39,327 nt of DNA from contig JACZWN010000003.1 in NCBI GenBank assembly GCA_022572105.1, positions 1-39,327 on the forward strand, written 5' to 3'. Below, piece by piece: positions 20,964 to 30,926 of the stretch. The notes beneath the pieces are model-generated. The model was not told the DNA's origin, ran no database searches, and saw only the letters and a list, made by a program, of their open reading frames with translations. The position numbers were made by a program, and so were the translations under genes. The DNA is from Pseudomonadota bacterium. Lineage in GTDB: Bacteria > Pseudomonadota > Alphaproteobacteria > Kiloniellales > J153. Position 1 is the first letter of the stretch. Each line of letters begins with the position of its first letter.

Positions 20964-22283
20964 ATGAGCGCCCTGTGCCGCGACTGCCTGGCCACCTTCG
21001 CGGCGCCGCCGGAGTCCGGCGCGCCCGGACGCCGCTGCCCGGCCTGCGGCGGGGCGCGGGTCATCGCCCATCCGGAGCTCGCCGAGCTGTCCATCGCCCA
21101 TATCGATTGCGACGCCTTCTACGCCAACGTCGAGAAGCGCGAGCGGCCCGAGTTGCGCGACCGGCCGGTGATCGTCGGCGGCGGCCGGCGCGGCGTCGTC
21201 GCGGCCGCCTGCTACGTCGCGCGGCTCTACGGCATCCACTCGGCCATGCCCATGTTCAAGGCCCTGAAGGCCTGCCCCGATGTCGTCGTCATCCGCCCGG
21301 ACATGGCCAAGTATCAGCGCATCGGCCAGCGCATCCGCGAGATGATGCGCGCGGCCACGCCGCTGGTCGAGCCGCTGTCCATCGACGAGGCCTTCCTGGA
21401 CCTCACCGGCACCGAGGCCCTGCACGGCGGCCCGCCCGCGCGCACGCTGGCGCGGCTGATCCTGCGCGTCGAGGACGAGCTCGGCCTGACCGCCTCGATC
21501 GGCCTCAGCTACAACAAGTTCCTGGCCAAGGTCGCCTCGGAGCTGGACAAGCCGCGCGGCTTCGCGGTGCTCGGGCGCGCCGATGCGCCGAAGTTTCTCG
21601 AGGACCAGCCGGTGCGCATCATCTGGGGCGTGGGCAAGGCGCTCGAGAGGAATCTGACGCGCGACGGCCTGCGCACGCTGAGCGACCTGCGCGCCCGCGA
21701 GGAGGCCGATCTGGTCGCGCGCTACGGCGCCATCGGACGGCGCCTCAGCCGCTTTGCGCGCGGCCAGGACGAGCGCCGGGTCGAGCCCGACGCGCCGGTC
21801 AAGAGCATCTCGGCCGAGACCACCTTCGATGAGGACATCGCCGCGCCCGAGGCGCTGCTGGCCCGCCTCTGGCCGCTCTGCGAAAAGGTTGCCGGCCGGC
21901 TCAAGCGGGCCGGGCTCGCCGGCGCCAGCATCACCCTCAAGCTGAAAACCTCGGAATTCCGGCTGCTCACGCGCGCGCGCCGTCTGGGCGCGCCGACCCG
22001 CCTGGCCGAGGTGCTGTACCGCGCCGCGGCGCCGCTGCTCGAGCGCGAGGCCGACGGCCGGCGCTTCCGCCTGATCGGCATCGGGGCGGGCGATCTGACC
22101 GAGGGCGCGTGCGCCGACCCGCCCGACCTGCTGAACCCGGAACGCCAACACGCGGCGCGCGTCGAAGAGGCCATCGACGCGGTCCGCGCCAAGCTCGGCG
22201 AAGGTGCGATCGCCAAGGGACGCAGCCTCGAGCCGCTGCGCAAGCCCGCGCCAGCCGGGGGCACGAAACCGCGGTCACAGTGA
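20964..22283 (+). CDS. dinB: DNA polymerase IV with N-terminal Zn-ribbon (alphaproteobacterial type)
   Basis: CRDC...CPAC, HIDCDAFYA, SIDEAFLD, KFLAKVAS...KP; real start is ATG 20964 (MSALC). Confidence 0.95.
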   Translation: MSALCRDCLATFAAPPESGAPGRRCPACGGARVIAHPELAELSIAHIDCDAFYANVEKRERPELRDRPVIVGGGRRGVVAAACYVARLYGIHSAMPMFKALKACPDVVVIRPDMAKYQRIGQRIREMMRAATPLVEPLSIDEAFLDLTGTEALHGGPPARTLARLILRVEDELGLTASIGLSYNKFLAKVASELDKPRGFAVLGRADAPKFLEDQPVRIIWGVGKALERNLTRDGLRTLSDLRAREEADLVARYGAIGRRLSRFARGQDERRVEPDAPVKSISAETTFDEDIAAPEALLARLWPLCEKVAGRLKRAGLAGASITLKLKTSEFRLLTRARRLGAPTRLAEVLYRAAAPLLEREADGRRFRLIGIGAGDLTEGACADPPDLLNPERQHAARVEEAIDAVRAKLGEGAIAKGRSLEPLRKPAPAGGTKPRSQ

Positions 22284-22307
22284 CACGCGCGCGTTGACAC
22301 GCGCGCG

Positions 22308-23150
22308 TTACTCCGGCTTGCAGCCCGGATCCGGCAGGGCCTCCAGCGTCCCCAGGTCGGCCCGGAGCACGAAATCGCCGTAGTCGAGCAGCATCTCGTC
22401 CACCACGCCGTTGGCGTAGAGGCGCAGGGCCTGCTCGTGCTCGGGCTCGGCGACGGTCTCGTCCATGCCGAAATAGGCCAGGTGCAGGCGCCAGGACGCT
22501 TGGCCGCGCAGCAGCGGCGAGTCGAAGCGGCCCGGGGCCCCGGCCGGCAGCGTCTCGGACAAGGCCGCGTTGATCCCGAACAGGCCGGTATCGCCCGAGC
22601 CGTCGAACACGGTGACCCACAGCGGCAACTCGCCGTTCCGGGCCGCTTCCATCAGAAGCAGCGAATGAGCGGTCGGAAACAGAGTCCCCTTGGGCAAGGG
22701 CAGCTCGCGCGGTTCCGGCGCACTGAAGGCCGCCACCCCGCCCTCGCCGGCTTCGCCGAGAAGCGCCTTGCCACGCAGCTCCTCGCTCGAGCCGTCGATG
22801 TTGAGGCGGCGGATGAAGAAACGGTAGCTCCGGCCGTCCCGGCCTTCCAAGGCGTTGAGCGTCCAACCGAAATCGAAGACCTGGCCCTCGACCGTGGTCA
22901 TGCGGACCCGGGTGCGCTGGCTGATCGTCCAACCGGTGCAGACGTCGGCCCATTCGAACTCCAGCCTGCCCGAGGCCCCGATGACCGAGCCGCTGGAGCG
23001 GGACTTGGCCAGGCTCAGGTCGTAAACCGCCCGGTGCGACAGGAAGCCCGCTGCGGCCTCGGCCGCGCCGGGCACGCCGACGCCTGAGACCAGGGCGCCG
23101 ACGAGCCACCCCCAGCAAACACATCGCACGGCTTGGCGCGCAAAAGCCAT
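22308..23150 (-). CDS. eipB: Cell-envelope integrity protein EipB family (DUF1849)
   Basis: Signal peptide; HRAVYDLSL...GRL.FEW..C.GW; FPT.H, FDGS, NGV...LDYGDF; C-terminal Cys. Confidence 0.8.
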   Translation of the reverse strand: MAFARQAVRCVCWGWLVGALVSGVGVPGAAEAAAGFLSHRAVYDLSLAKSRSSGSVIGASGRLEFEWADVCTGWTISQRTRVRMTTVEGQVFDFGWTLNALEGRDGRSYRFFIRRLNIDGSSEELRGKALLGEAGEGGVAAFSAPEPRELPLPKGTLFPTAHSLLLMEAARNGELPLWVTVFDGSGDTGLFGINAALSETLPAGAPGRFDSPLLRGQASWRLHLAYFGMDETVAEPEHEQALRLYANGVVDEMLLDYGDFVLRADLGTLEALPDPGCKPE

Positions 23151-23324
23151 CGTCGAAGCCCTCAAGTCGGCGGCCCGGGCGGCGCCGGGCGCGGTTTCCG
23201 GTTAAACATGGCGCTCACACACCGTAGTATCCCGACAGCGTATTAATCAAACGTACAAAAACGGCACGATCAAGGCCGGCCGCGGCGCGGCCGCGAGCCG
23301 GAGTCCCGCCCGAAGGAGACATCG

Positions 23325-24290
23325 ATGACTGCAAAGCCCAGCCTTCTGGTCACACGCAAATTGCCCGACGCCGTCCTGGAGCGCGCCGCGCGCGACTATG
23401 AGGCCCGGCTCAACGCCGAGGACAAGCTCTACGGTCCGGACGAGATGATCGAGCGCGCCCAGGGCTGCGACGCGATCCTGACCTGCTCACCGGAGAAGTT
23501 CACCGCCGAGGTCATCGCGCGGCTGCCGGCCAGCGTGCGCGCGGTCGCGACCTTCTCGGTCGGGACCGAGCACATGGATCTGGAGGCGGCCCGGGCGCGC
23601 GGCCTGGTCGTCACCAATCCCCCCGACGTGCTGACCGATTCGACCGCCGACATCACCCTGCTCGTGCTCCTGGGCGCGGCGCGGCGCGCCTACGAGGGCC
23701 AGCGGATGGTACGCGAGGACAAGTGGTTCGGCTGGACCCCGACCCAGTTGCTCGGCGTCCAGGTCAGCGGCAAGCGCCTCGGCATCCTGGGCATGGGCCG
23801 GATCGGCCTTGCCGTGGCCAAGCGGGCGCGCGGCTTCGACATGGAGATCCACTACCACAACCGCAACCGCCTGGCGCCCGAGATCGAAAGCGGCGCGCGC
23901 TATCACGCCCAGGCCGAGGCGATGCTCGGTCACTGCGACTTCCTCTCGATCAACTGCCCGGCGACGCCCGAGACCCACCACTTCCTGGACGCGCGCCGGA
24001 TCGCGCTCCTGCCCGAGCGCGCGATCGTGACCAACACCGCGCGCGGCGCCATCGTCGACGACGGGGCGCTCATCGCCGCGCTCAAATCGGGCCGGCTGGC
24101 CGCCGCCGGCCTCGACGTCTTCGAGGGCGAGCCGGACATCCATCCCGGCTATCGCGACCTGCCCAACGTCTTCATCCTGCCGCACATGGGCAGCGCCACG
24201 CTGGAGACCCGCAACGCCATGGGCTTCAAGTGCCTCGACAACCTGGACGCCCACTTCGCCGGAGCCGAGCCGCCGGACCGGGTCGCCTGA
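23325..24290 (+). CDS. D-isomer-specific 2-hydroxyacid dehydrogenase (glyoxylate/glycerate reductase-like)
   Basis: GILGMGRIG Rossmann motif, NTARG, LDVFEGEP, PHMGSAT; AAGGAG RBS. Confidence 0.93.
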   Translation: MTAKPSLLVTRKLPDAVLERAARDYEARLNAEDKLYGPDEMIERAQGCDAILTCSPEKFTAEVIARLPASVRAVATFSVGTEHMDLEAARARGLVVTNPPDVLTDSTADITLLVLLGAARRAYEGQRMVREDKWFGWTPTQLLGVQVSGKRLGILGMGRIGLAVAKRARGFDMEIHYHNRNRLAPEIESGARYHAQAEAMLGHCDFLSINCPATPETHHFLDARRIALLPERAIVTNTARGAIVDDGALIAALKSGRLAAAGLDVFEGEPDIHPGYRDLPNVFILPHMGSATLETRNAMGFKCLDNLDAHFAGAEPPDRVA

Positions 24291-24474
24291 TACCCCACCG
24301 CGAGGACGCGCCCGCCTTTCCGCCGCGCTTGCCTGGCAGAAGCTGCCGCACGGCAAAAGATGCCGTGGAATCTGCTCAATAAGCCGTTGTAAATCAATGG
24401 ATTAGAGTTTGGCACGCGGCTTGCGTTTCCCAAGCCACAAGTCTTCGCGCCAAACAATAGGGGCCGAGCGAGCC

Positions 24475-25188
24475 GTGAACCTGAACCGTCTTAAAACCAG
24501 TCTCGATGACTTCGAATCCGATCCCTTGCCGCAGCTTTGCGCGGCCACGGACCGCCTGCGCCGCCTGGCCGGCACCGAGATCCACCATCTCAGCCCGGGC
24601 CACAAGGAGCTGATCGACGAGGTGCTCACCGCCGCGGTCAGGGCCGAGCAGACCCTGGCCATCCAGCGCGCCCGCATCCGCTATCTGGAGGGCCTGTCGA
24701 TCACCGACGAGTTGACCGGCCTGCTCAACCGGCGCGGCTTCCATCTCGAGCTGAACCGGTCGCTGGCGCGCGCCCAACGGGCGCAGGAGACCGGCCTGCT
24801 GCTGCTCTGCGACCTCGACCACTTCAAGACGATCAACGACACTTACGGCCACATGGCCGGGGACGCGGTGCTCTGCGCCGTGGCCAGCCTGTTGCAGACC
24901 AAGACCCGGCGCAGCGACTACGTGGCCCGCCTGGGCGGCGACGAGTTCGCCGTGCTCATGACCGACAGCGCGCGGCCCCAGGCGGAGCGCCGGGGGGCCA
25001 TTCTGGCCGGCCTGATCAACAACCTGGTGATCGAGTGGGAGGACCACAAGATTCCGGTCTCCGCCAGCTTCGGCTTCGAGGGCTACCACCACGGCAGCCA
25101 GCCCGACGCGCTTCTGTTCCTGGCCGACCGCGCGCTCTACCGGCGCAAGGGCCCGCGCCTGGTAAACACCGGCCTCGCCGGCTCGTAA
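24475..25188 (+). CDS. Diguanylate cyclase (GGDEF) with short helical N-terminus
   Basis: TDELTGLLNRR, DLDHFKTINDTYGH, RRSD I-site, RLGGDEF; start uncertain (GTG 24475 or TTG 24409). Confidence 0.9.
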   Translation: MNLNRLKTSLDDFESDPLPQLCAATDRLRRLAGTEIHHLSPGHKELIDEVLTAAVRAEQTLAIQRARIRYLEGLSITDELTGLLNRRGFHLELNRSLARAQRAQETGLLLLCDLDHFKTINDTYGHMAGDAVLCAVASLLQTKTRRSDYVARLGGDEFAVLMTDSARPQAERRGAILAGLINNLVIEWEDHKIPVSASFGFEGYHHGSQPDALLFLADRALYRRKGPRLVNTGLAGS

Positions 25189-25246
25189 AGGCAGCACGAC
25201 AGGAAATTCGCTTATCCTGCGCACCCGGCCCTATAATAACCGGGCC

Positions 25247-25744
25247 ATGAAGTTTCCGCGCTGCATCCGCCTGGATCCCTCCGACCTCAACATCTTTCAC
25301 CGCGCCGCCGAGCCCGGCGAATGGGCGGTCGCGGGCGGCTTCACCTTCGCCGAGGCCGACCCGAGCGCCTTCGACAACAAGGACAAGCTCGCCTTCCAAA
25401 GCGGTTGGCTGGGCACCGAGAGCTTCGGGCGCGCCTCGCTGGTCGAGGTCGCCGAGATCGACGAGGCCGGGTTCGCCCGGGTGGTCGAGCGCCTGGCGCG
25501 CCATTTCGTCGAGGCCTACGGCGCGCCGGAACTCGCCGCGGCGCTCCCCGCCGCGCGCCGGGAGGCCGACGATGCCGCCGGCCTCTGCGATCACAAGCTG
25601 TACAGCCTGCTGGCGCTCGAGCGCGAGATGACCGAGGCGGGCGTGGTCGAGCGCTTCCGCGTGATCGTGCCCGAGCGCACCGCGGACCACGCCAGGATCT
25701 GGGAGATCGTGCCGGAGGCGGATGACGCCCAAGACGCCGATTGA
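25247..25744 (+). CDS. Conserved hypothetical protein, DUF6505-like
   Basis: R.IRLD.SD..IF..AA.PGEWAV.GGF.F and F..GWLG..SFGR.S.V.V pattern; core-like codon usage. Confidence 0.65.
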   Translation: MKFPRCIRLDPSDLNIFHRAAEPGEWAVAGGFTFAEADPSAFDNKDKLAFQSGWLGTESFGRASLVEVAEIDEAGFARVVERLARHFVEAYGAPELAAALPAARREADDAAGLCDHKLYSLLALEREMTEAGVVERFRVIVPERTADHARIWEIVPEADDAQDAD

Positions 25745-25859
25745 GTGCGGCGAAGCGGGAGGCGGCGTCGAGCCGGCCGACTTCAACGCCGACCGCTTCC
25801 AGCCCCGTATCCCCGGATAAAAGGACACAGTTCATTTTTCACCGGGATGAACGACACCG

Positions 25860-26795
25860 TCACCCGCCCTCGACCGGCGTCAGCCAGCCGTGGTCGTCGG
25901 GGTGCTCGCCGCGCACGATGCTCAGGAACCGCTCCTGCACCCGGGCCGTGACCGGGCCCATCTTGCCCGCGCCGACTTCGATCTTGTCGACGCTGCGGAT
26001 CGGCGTGACCTCGCTCGCGGTGCCGGTGAAGAACAGTTCGTCGGCGGCGTAGAGGATCTCGCGCGGCATGACGCATTCGCGCACCGGGATGTCGAGGTCG
26101 TGGGCGATCTGCATGACCGAGGCGCGGGTCACGCCCTGCAGGTTGCTGCCCTCGATGGGCGGCGTCATCAGCTCGCCGTTCATGACCGCGAAGAGGTTCT
26201 GGCCGCTGCCCTCGCTGATCACGCCCGAAGTGGTCAGGGCGATCGCCTCGACGTAGCCGTTGGCTTGGGCCTCGAGCTTGATCAGCTGGGCGTTGTTGTA
26301 GTGGCCGGCCGACTTGGCCATGCCCGGGAAGGTGTTGCCATGGGCGCGTTGCCAACTCGAGACGCAGACATCGACGCCGCGTTCGAGCGCGTCCTGGCCC
26401 AGATACCGGCCCCACTCCCAGGCCGGCACGTAGGTGTCGATCGGGCTGCCGATGCCGTCCATCACCATGGAGCCATAGCCGCGCAGCACCATGGGCCGGA
26501 TATAACAGGCCTTGAGGGCGTTCTTGCGCACCACCTGGCAACAGGCCGCGGTCAGATCGGCCTCGGAATAGCCGGGGTCCATGCGGTAGATGCGGCACGA
26601 GTTCCTGAGCCGGCGCAGGTGCTCGGGCAGGCGGAAGATCGCCGGGCCCTGCGCGGTGTCGTAGCAACGGATGCCCTCGAACACCGAGGAGCCGAACTGC
26701 ACCGCCGTCGAGAGCACGTGCAGCGTCGCCTCGGCCCAGGGCACGAACGCGCCGTTCTTCCAGATCCAGTCCGCTTCCTTGACCGTCGCGCTCAT
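25860..26795 (-). CDS. ilvE: Branched-chain amino acid aminotransferase (PLP fold IV)
   Basis: VFEGIRCY, YIRP, AKSAGHY (PLP Lys), EGSGQNLF, LQGVTR, ELFFTGTASEVTPI. Confidence 0.93.
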   Translation of the reverse strand: MSATVKEADWIWKNGAFVPWAEATLHVLSTAVQFGSSVFEGIRCYDTAQGPAIFRLPEHLRRLRNSCRIYRMDPGYSEADLTAACCQVVRKNALKACYIRPMVLRGYGSMVMDGIGSPIDTYVPAWEWGRYLGQDALERGVDVCVSSWQRAHGNTFPGMAKSAGHYNNAQLIKLEAQANGYVEAIALTTSGVISEGSGQNLFAVMNGELMTPPIEGSNLQGVTRASVMQIAHDLDIPVRECVMPREILYAADELFFTGTASEVTPIRSVDKIEVGAGKMGPVTARVQERFLSIVRGEHPDDHGWLTPVEGG

Positions 26796-26898
26796 GGCAT
26801 CGGGCTCCCGTCGTTGGCCGCCGCCACTCTAGGGCATTTTCGGATTGCACGGAACCAGCCCACGCCCCAAGGAACACGAGGCTATAGCGGGGATCGTG

Positions 26899-26972
26899 AT
26901 GTCCGCTTCGGTAGTAAGCCGGCCTCAATCCCTGGTGGCGTTAGGGTCCGCTTATAGACACAACCGCAAGTT
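26899..26972 (+). repeat. Bipartite GTCCGCTT boundary motif, copy A
   Basis: GTCCGCTT at 26901 and 26946 (45 bp apart), at the left edge of the accessory tract. Confidence 0.55.
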
Positions 26973-26989
26973 GGTACGGCCCGAGGATG

Positions 26990-27398
26990 CCGAGCTTGGT
27001 CATTGACGACGCTACGGGAGAAGCTGGTCAAGATTGGCGCCAAGGTCGTCCGCCACGGTCGCTATGTCACTTTCCGATTGGCAGAAGTGGCGGTGCCGAG
27101 GGACCTGTTCCGGAAAATCCTCCGACTCATCGATGGGCTGCGACGAGCCCCTTTGCCGCCATGACGGCGGCCCATCCAGATGCATCAAGGCCACCCGACA
27201 GGACAGGTCTGTGCCGTGCAGGTCCGAGTGCGCCCTCTTCTTGCGAAATGGTCACTGGGCCGAGTTACTCATCGCCAAATCAGCCCGATCAAGAGCGGGA
27301 CTACAGCCTATCGTGACAGCTCAAGGCCGGATTGGCGGTCGGATGCCCATTGTGCTACCATTGTCCGCGATTGGGAGGAGCCATCTGGGGAATCCCGG
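26990..27398 (+). mobile_element. IS1380-family remnant: transposase C-terminus plus right end
   Basis: 26997-27164 translates WSLTTLREKLVKIGAKVVRHGRYVTFRLAEVAVPRDLFRKILRLIDGLRRAPLPP*, the typical IS1380 transposase tail. CCATCTGGGGAATCCCGG at 27381-27398 resembles the family right end. 5' part is missing. Confidence 0.85.
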
Positions 27399-27441
27399 AT
27401 GAATTTGCTCGTCTAACAGACAAATCAGAGAGGACGCAGCG

Positions 27442-28293
27442 ATGAACGGAATCGCAAAACTGATATTGCCGTTGGTCGGCACGTTGGTGCTGGCCGGCTG
27501 CGCCGGCATGGAGCTGCAAAGGGCACAGGAGATGTCGCCGCAAGGCTCGGCGTTCAATACCAACCTCTACGAGGGCTACGTGGACCTGGCGGCCTCGGAG
27601 TACGCCGAGGCCGACTATCGGGATTCCGATACCTTCGCCGCACGGGCGATCAGCGCCGGCAGCGGCCAGCTGGTCAGGCCCGAGCAAATCGACCGTCGCG
27701 CCCTGCCCGAGGACAAGGTCGGCGAGTTGATGGCCGCGCGCCGGCGCCTGGCGATGGCGCTGAGTACCGGCGCGTCGGAACGGAATCCCGCGGAAGCGGC
27801 CCGCGCCCAGGTGATGTTCGACTGCTGGATGCAAGAACAGGAGGAAAACTTCCAACCCGAGGACATCGCCCGCTGCCGCGGGGCCATGATGGCGGCCCTC
27901 GACATTTTGGAAATGAAGCCGGTCGCCATGGCGGCGCCCGCGCCGAAGCTGGCCCCGGTTCCGGGGCCTTACGTGGTGTTCTTCCAGACCGATAGCTTCG
28001 AGCTCAATGAGAAATCGCTCGCGATCATCAAGGACGCCGCGGGCAATGCATCGTCCGCGAAGGTCATGAAAGCGGTTCTGAGCGGCCATACGGATACCGC
28101 CGGATCGGACGGCTATAACAAGGGGTTGTCCCGCGCCCGGGTGATTGCCGTTGGCAACGCCCTGATGGAGGCCGGGGTGTCGCGCAAGCTCGTGCAAAAG
28201 GACTACTACGGCGAATCCAAGCTCCGGGTCGCGACGCCGGATGACACGGCGAACCAAGATAACCGGCGCGTCGAGATCAAATTCGACCGCTAA
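27442..28293 (+). CDS. OmpA-family lipoprotein
   Basis: LVLAGC lipobox; C-terminal GHTD..G...YN..LS..R...V and NRRVEI peptidoglycan-binding motifs; GAGGA RBS. Confidence 0.92.
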   Translation: MNGIAKLILPLVGTLVLAGCAGMELQRAQEMSPQGSAFNTNLYEGYVDLAASEYAEADYRDSDTFAARAISAGSGQLVRPEQIDRRALPEDKVGELMAARRRLAMALSTGASERNPAEAARAQVMFDCWMQEQEENFQPEDIARCRGAMMAALDILEMKPVAMAAPAPKLAPVPGPYVVFFQTDSFELNEKSLAIIKDAAGNASSAKVMKAVLSGHTDTAGSDGYNKGLSRARVIAVGNALMEAGVSRKLVQKDYYGESKLRVATPDDTANQDNRRVEIKFDR

Positions 28294-28309
28294 CATGCCG
28301 GGGCAGCAT

Positions 28310-28334
28310 CCCCGCCGTCGTCGAGGCGGCGGGG
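28310..28334 (+). terminator. GC-rich hairpin after the OmpA gene
   Basis: CCCCGCCGTC-GTCGA-GGCGGCGGGG; no U-tract. Confidence 0.35.
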
Positions 28335-28645
28335 TCGCCGCAACGGGAACGAACGCGGTTTTGCAATCGATGCCGAGGTGCGATTAGGCCTCGGTTGTGG
28401 GTCTCAGGCGCGCTGTCCCTTCCCTTTAATCAGTCCGGCCCGAACTCGGGTTCGGCCCAGTCTTCTATGGCGGATATGTGGATATCCGCGCCAGGTTAGC
28501 TCTTACCTCTCGACTCAGCGGCGCCGATCTGCCCTCCGCAATCGAAGTGAGCTGGGCAGTATGCCGTTTTCCCGAAAGCCCAATGAGTCTAAGCTAACGA
28601 GTGGTCCTAATAATTGGGGAGAGGCCCTACAAGGGGACGGCGACC

Positions 28646-29410
28646 ATGGAAAAGAGGAAGTGCTTGTTGAGCGCTGCCGCGTTTAGCGTCGCGGTCGTAC
28701 TATCTTGTGCCCTCACAGGCACGGCACAGGCTCAGTTTGATATCCTCAAGTCGGCAAAAGAGGCCCTAGGCTCGTTTGGAGGGGCAACCGGCGGCGCCGG
28801 CGCGCTCACCGACGCGGAGATCGGTGACGGCCTGATCGAGGCGCTAAGGGTCGGCACCGAACGGGTGGTCGGGCAGGTGGGCACAGCAGACGGCTACAAC
28901 CTGGATCCGGACATCCACATCCCGCTACCGGGAGTCCTCAAAGACGTGCAGAAGGTTTTGAAGTCCATCGGCATGTCCAGCCTTGCCGACGACTTGGAAC
29001 TGCGTCTCAACCGGGCGGCCGAGGTGGCTGCGCCCGAGGCCAAGGAGCTGTTCTGGCAGGCTATCAGCGAAATGACGCTGGACGACGTGCGGCAGATCTA
29101 CGAAGGGCCAGACGACGCCGCCACTCGCTATTTCCAGGATAAGATGACACCGCCGCTGGCCAAGCGCTTGCAGCCGGTGGTTAACCGCTCGCTAGCCGAC
29201 GTGGGAGCGATCCAGTCTTACGACAACATGATGGGGCAATATAAATCGGTGCCTTTCGTGCCCGACGTGAAAGCGGATCTGACCAGCTACGTGGTCGAGA
29301 AGGCTATGGATGGCCTTTTCTATTACGTCGCCAAGGAGGAAGCCGCGATCCGCAACAATCCGGCGGCGAGGACGACCGAGCTGCTGCAAAAGGTTTTCGG
29401 GGCGGGTTAA
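28646..29410 (+). CDS. DUF4197-family exported protein
   Basis: Signal peptide (AQA); GL.EAL..G, I.IPLP, LNRAAE.A, G.DDAAT.YF, GLF...A.EE..IR.NP.ARTT.LL.KVFG. Confidence 0.85.
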   Translation: MEKRKCLLSAAAFSVAVVLSCALTGTAQAQFDILKSAKEALGSFGGATGGAGALTDAEIGDGLIEALRVGTERVVGQVGTADGYNLDPDIHIPLPGVLKDVQKVLKSIGMSSLADDLELRLNRAAEVAAPEAKELFWQAISEMTLDDVRQIYEGPDDAATRYFQDKMTPPLAKRLQPVVNRSLADVGAIQSYDNMMGQYKSVPFVPDVKADLTSYVVEKAMDGLFYYVAKEEAAIRNNPAARTTELLQKVFGAG

Positions 29411-29464
29411 GTAAACCGTCCCGGAAGCGTGTAGCTTTCAGCGGCTAGGCGCCCAGCGTCACGA

Positions 29465-29540
29465 ATGTCCGCTTTGGGTTAAACTCGAAAATGCGACGAT
29501 GCCATCGCGAACGTCCGCTGCTGGCGCAAGAGCGGAAATC
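29465..29540 (+). repeat. Bipartite GTCCGC boundary motif, copy B
   Basis: ATGTCCGCTTTGGGT at 29465 and GTCCGC-N13-GCGGAA at 29513-29537 (GTCCGC units 46 bp apart). Confidence 0.6.
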
Positions 29541-29612
29541 GATAAGGGGGCGTTCGAGCATTACTCCGGCATCGTGCGCCTGATAGATCGAGCCCGGCAA
29601 TATCGCGGTCGA

Positions 29613-30926
29613 CTACCGGACCGACGGATCGCCGCCGGTGTCAATTCGGGCGCGAGCCTTCGCCGGCCCCGCATCGACATAGGTATACTCGATCTTCCTG
29701 AAGTCGCCGTACAACACGCGCAAATACGCCTCGGTTTGGTTCGGGCAGGCAACGTCGCCGCCGAGAAATGGGACCGTCGACGTCGGTAAGACGATCTCCT
29801 GCGGCACGCCGTAACCCCCGCTCTCGGTGGCCGGCATGGCGCCCTTGTGGCTCTGCCTTTCGAGCACGGCTTCACCGTGGCTGATCGCCCGCCGGTAAAT
29901 CATTATGTCGGCCCGGATTTCGCCGCGCAGGCGATTGCGTTCCCACCGGAAGGGCCATCGTTTCGGCGGATCGAATGAGATCGAGATGAAATCTTTCTTC
30001 TCGAAAAGGTCGACGAAGTAACCATCCCGCGCGCCACGTTCGGCGAGCCCGGCCGCCAACCGCTCCCAGGTCATGTCACCGTCGAGCAGAACCGACAGGT
30101 CGATGTCGTCCTCCCAATCGAGAAGCGCGCCGCGCTCCCTCACGGCGCCAAGAAGGCTGCCCCCCTCCAGCCAGTGCACGACCCCCATTTCGCTCAGGCA
30201 GGCGGCAACATGATGGCTGAGTTCCTTCATGTGCTCACGGCAGCAGGGCGCGGTGTTGAGGCCGAGACGGTTGACGTAGAGATTGAACGGGCAGGGTGGC
30301 GTCGATTTCCCACAACCCCTCCAACTGACGGCGCCCTTCGATAGCACCAGTTCGCGGATGCCATGGCGCCGTCGGAATGCCACGATATCGCCCTTCACCT
30401 GGGTCTCCAGGACCGACAGGTCGCGATCGCTCAAGGGATATAGCCGGCGCCGTCGGCCGGCCCAACGCTGGCGAAGGAACCACGTTAGTTCGATTGCCAT
30501 GGCGGCCGCCAGGACCGCCTGGAGCTTGATGTTGGGGATGGCCAAACCGGCGAGGAGGGCTGGGCCGAGCAGCCACAGTCCGGCGTAGTCACCGTGCTTC
30601 GCCAAGAATTCGACCATTCGGGAAGCCGGTCGGGAGGCCGGTCGGAAGGCGATTGCAGGGGCCGCGATGATGTAAAACACGACGACCACGAAGCCGACCG
30701 AGATGTAGAGGGCGGGACGGTCGAGGCCATCGGGCGACAGCGACACCAGCGCCACCGTAAGGGCCGCCAGAACCCCCGTCGCCAGGGATGCAGGCAAGCT
30801 GGGCGGATACCAGTTCCGTGGATATCTCAAGAGGCGGACGAAGGATAGATAAGTCGCCACATAAAGGGCGGCGGCGATCAGAGCGGCGATCACCTGGGTG
30901 GTCGCTGATGCGCCGATGCCGGTCAC
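29613..30926 (-). CDS. Membrane-anchored LicD/fukutin-family phosphotransferase, FKRP-like
   Basis: About five N-terminal TM helices; WLEGGSLLGAVR...WEDDIDL nucleotidyltransferase motif; C-x6-C...PCC cluster; YL...YG C-terminal motif. GTG start overlaps the upstream stop. Confidence 0.88.
   Translation of the reverse strand: MTGIGASATTQVIAALIAAALYVATYLSFVRLLRYPRNWYPPSLPASLATGVLAALTVALVSLSPDGLDRPALYISVGFVVVVFYIIAAPAIAFRPASRPASRMVEFLAKHGDYAGLWLLGPALLAGLAIPNIKLQAVLAAAMAIELTWFLRQRWAGRRRRLYPLSDRDLSVLETQVKGDIVAFRRRHGIRELVLSKGAVSWRGCGKSTPPCPFNLYVNRLGLNTAPCCREHMKELSHHVAACLSEMGVVHWLEGGSLLGAVRERGALLDWEDDIDLSVLLDGDMTWERLAAGLAERGARDGYFVDLFEKKDFISISFDPPKRWPFRWERNRLRGEIRADIMIYRRAISHGEAVLERQSHKGAMPATESGGYGVPQEIVLPTSTVPFLGGDVACPNQTEAYLRVLYGDFRKIEYTYVDAGPAKARARIDTGGDPSVR

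Noticed and set aside
26987-27402. ORF-track proteins of 109 and 122 aa
   Set aside because: They are off-frame readings of the IS1380 remnant.
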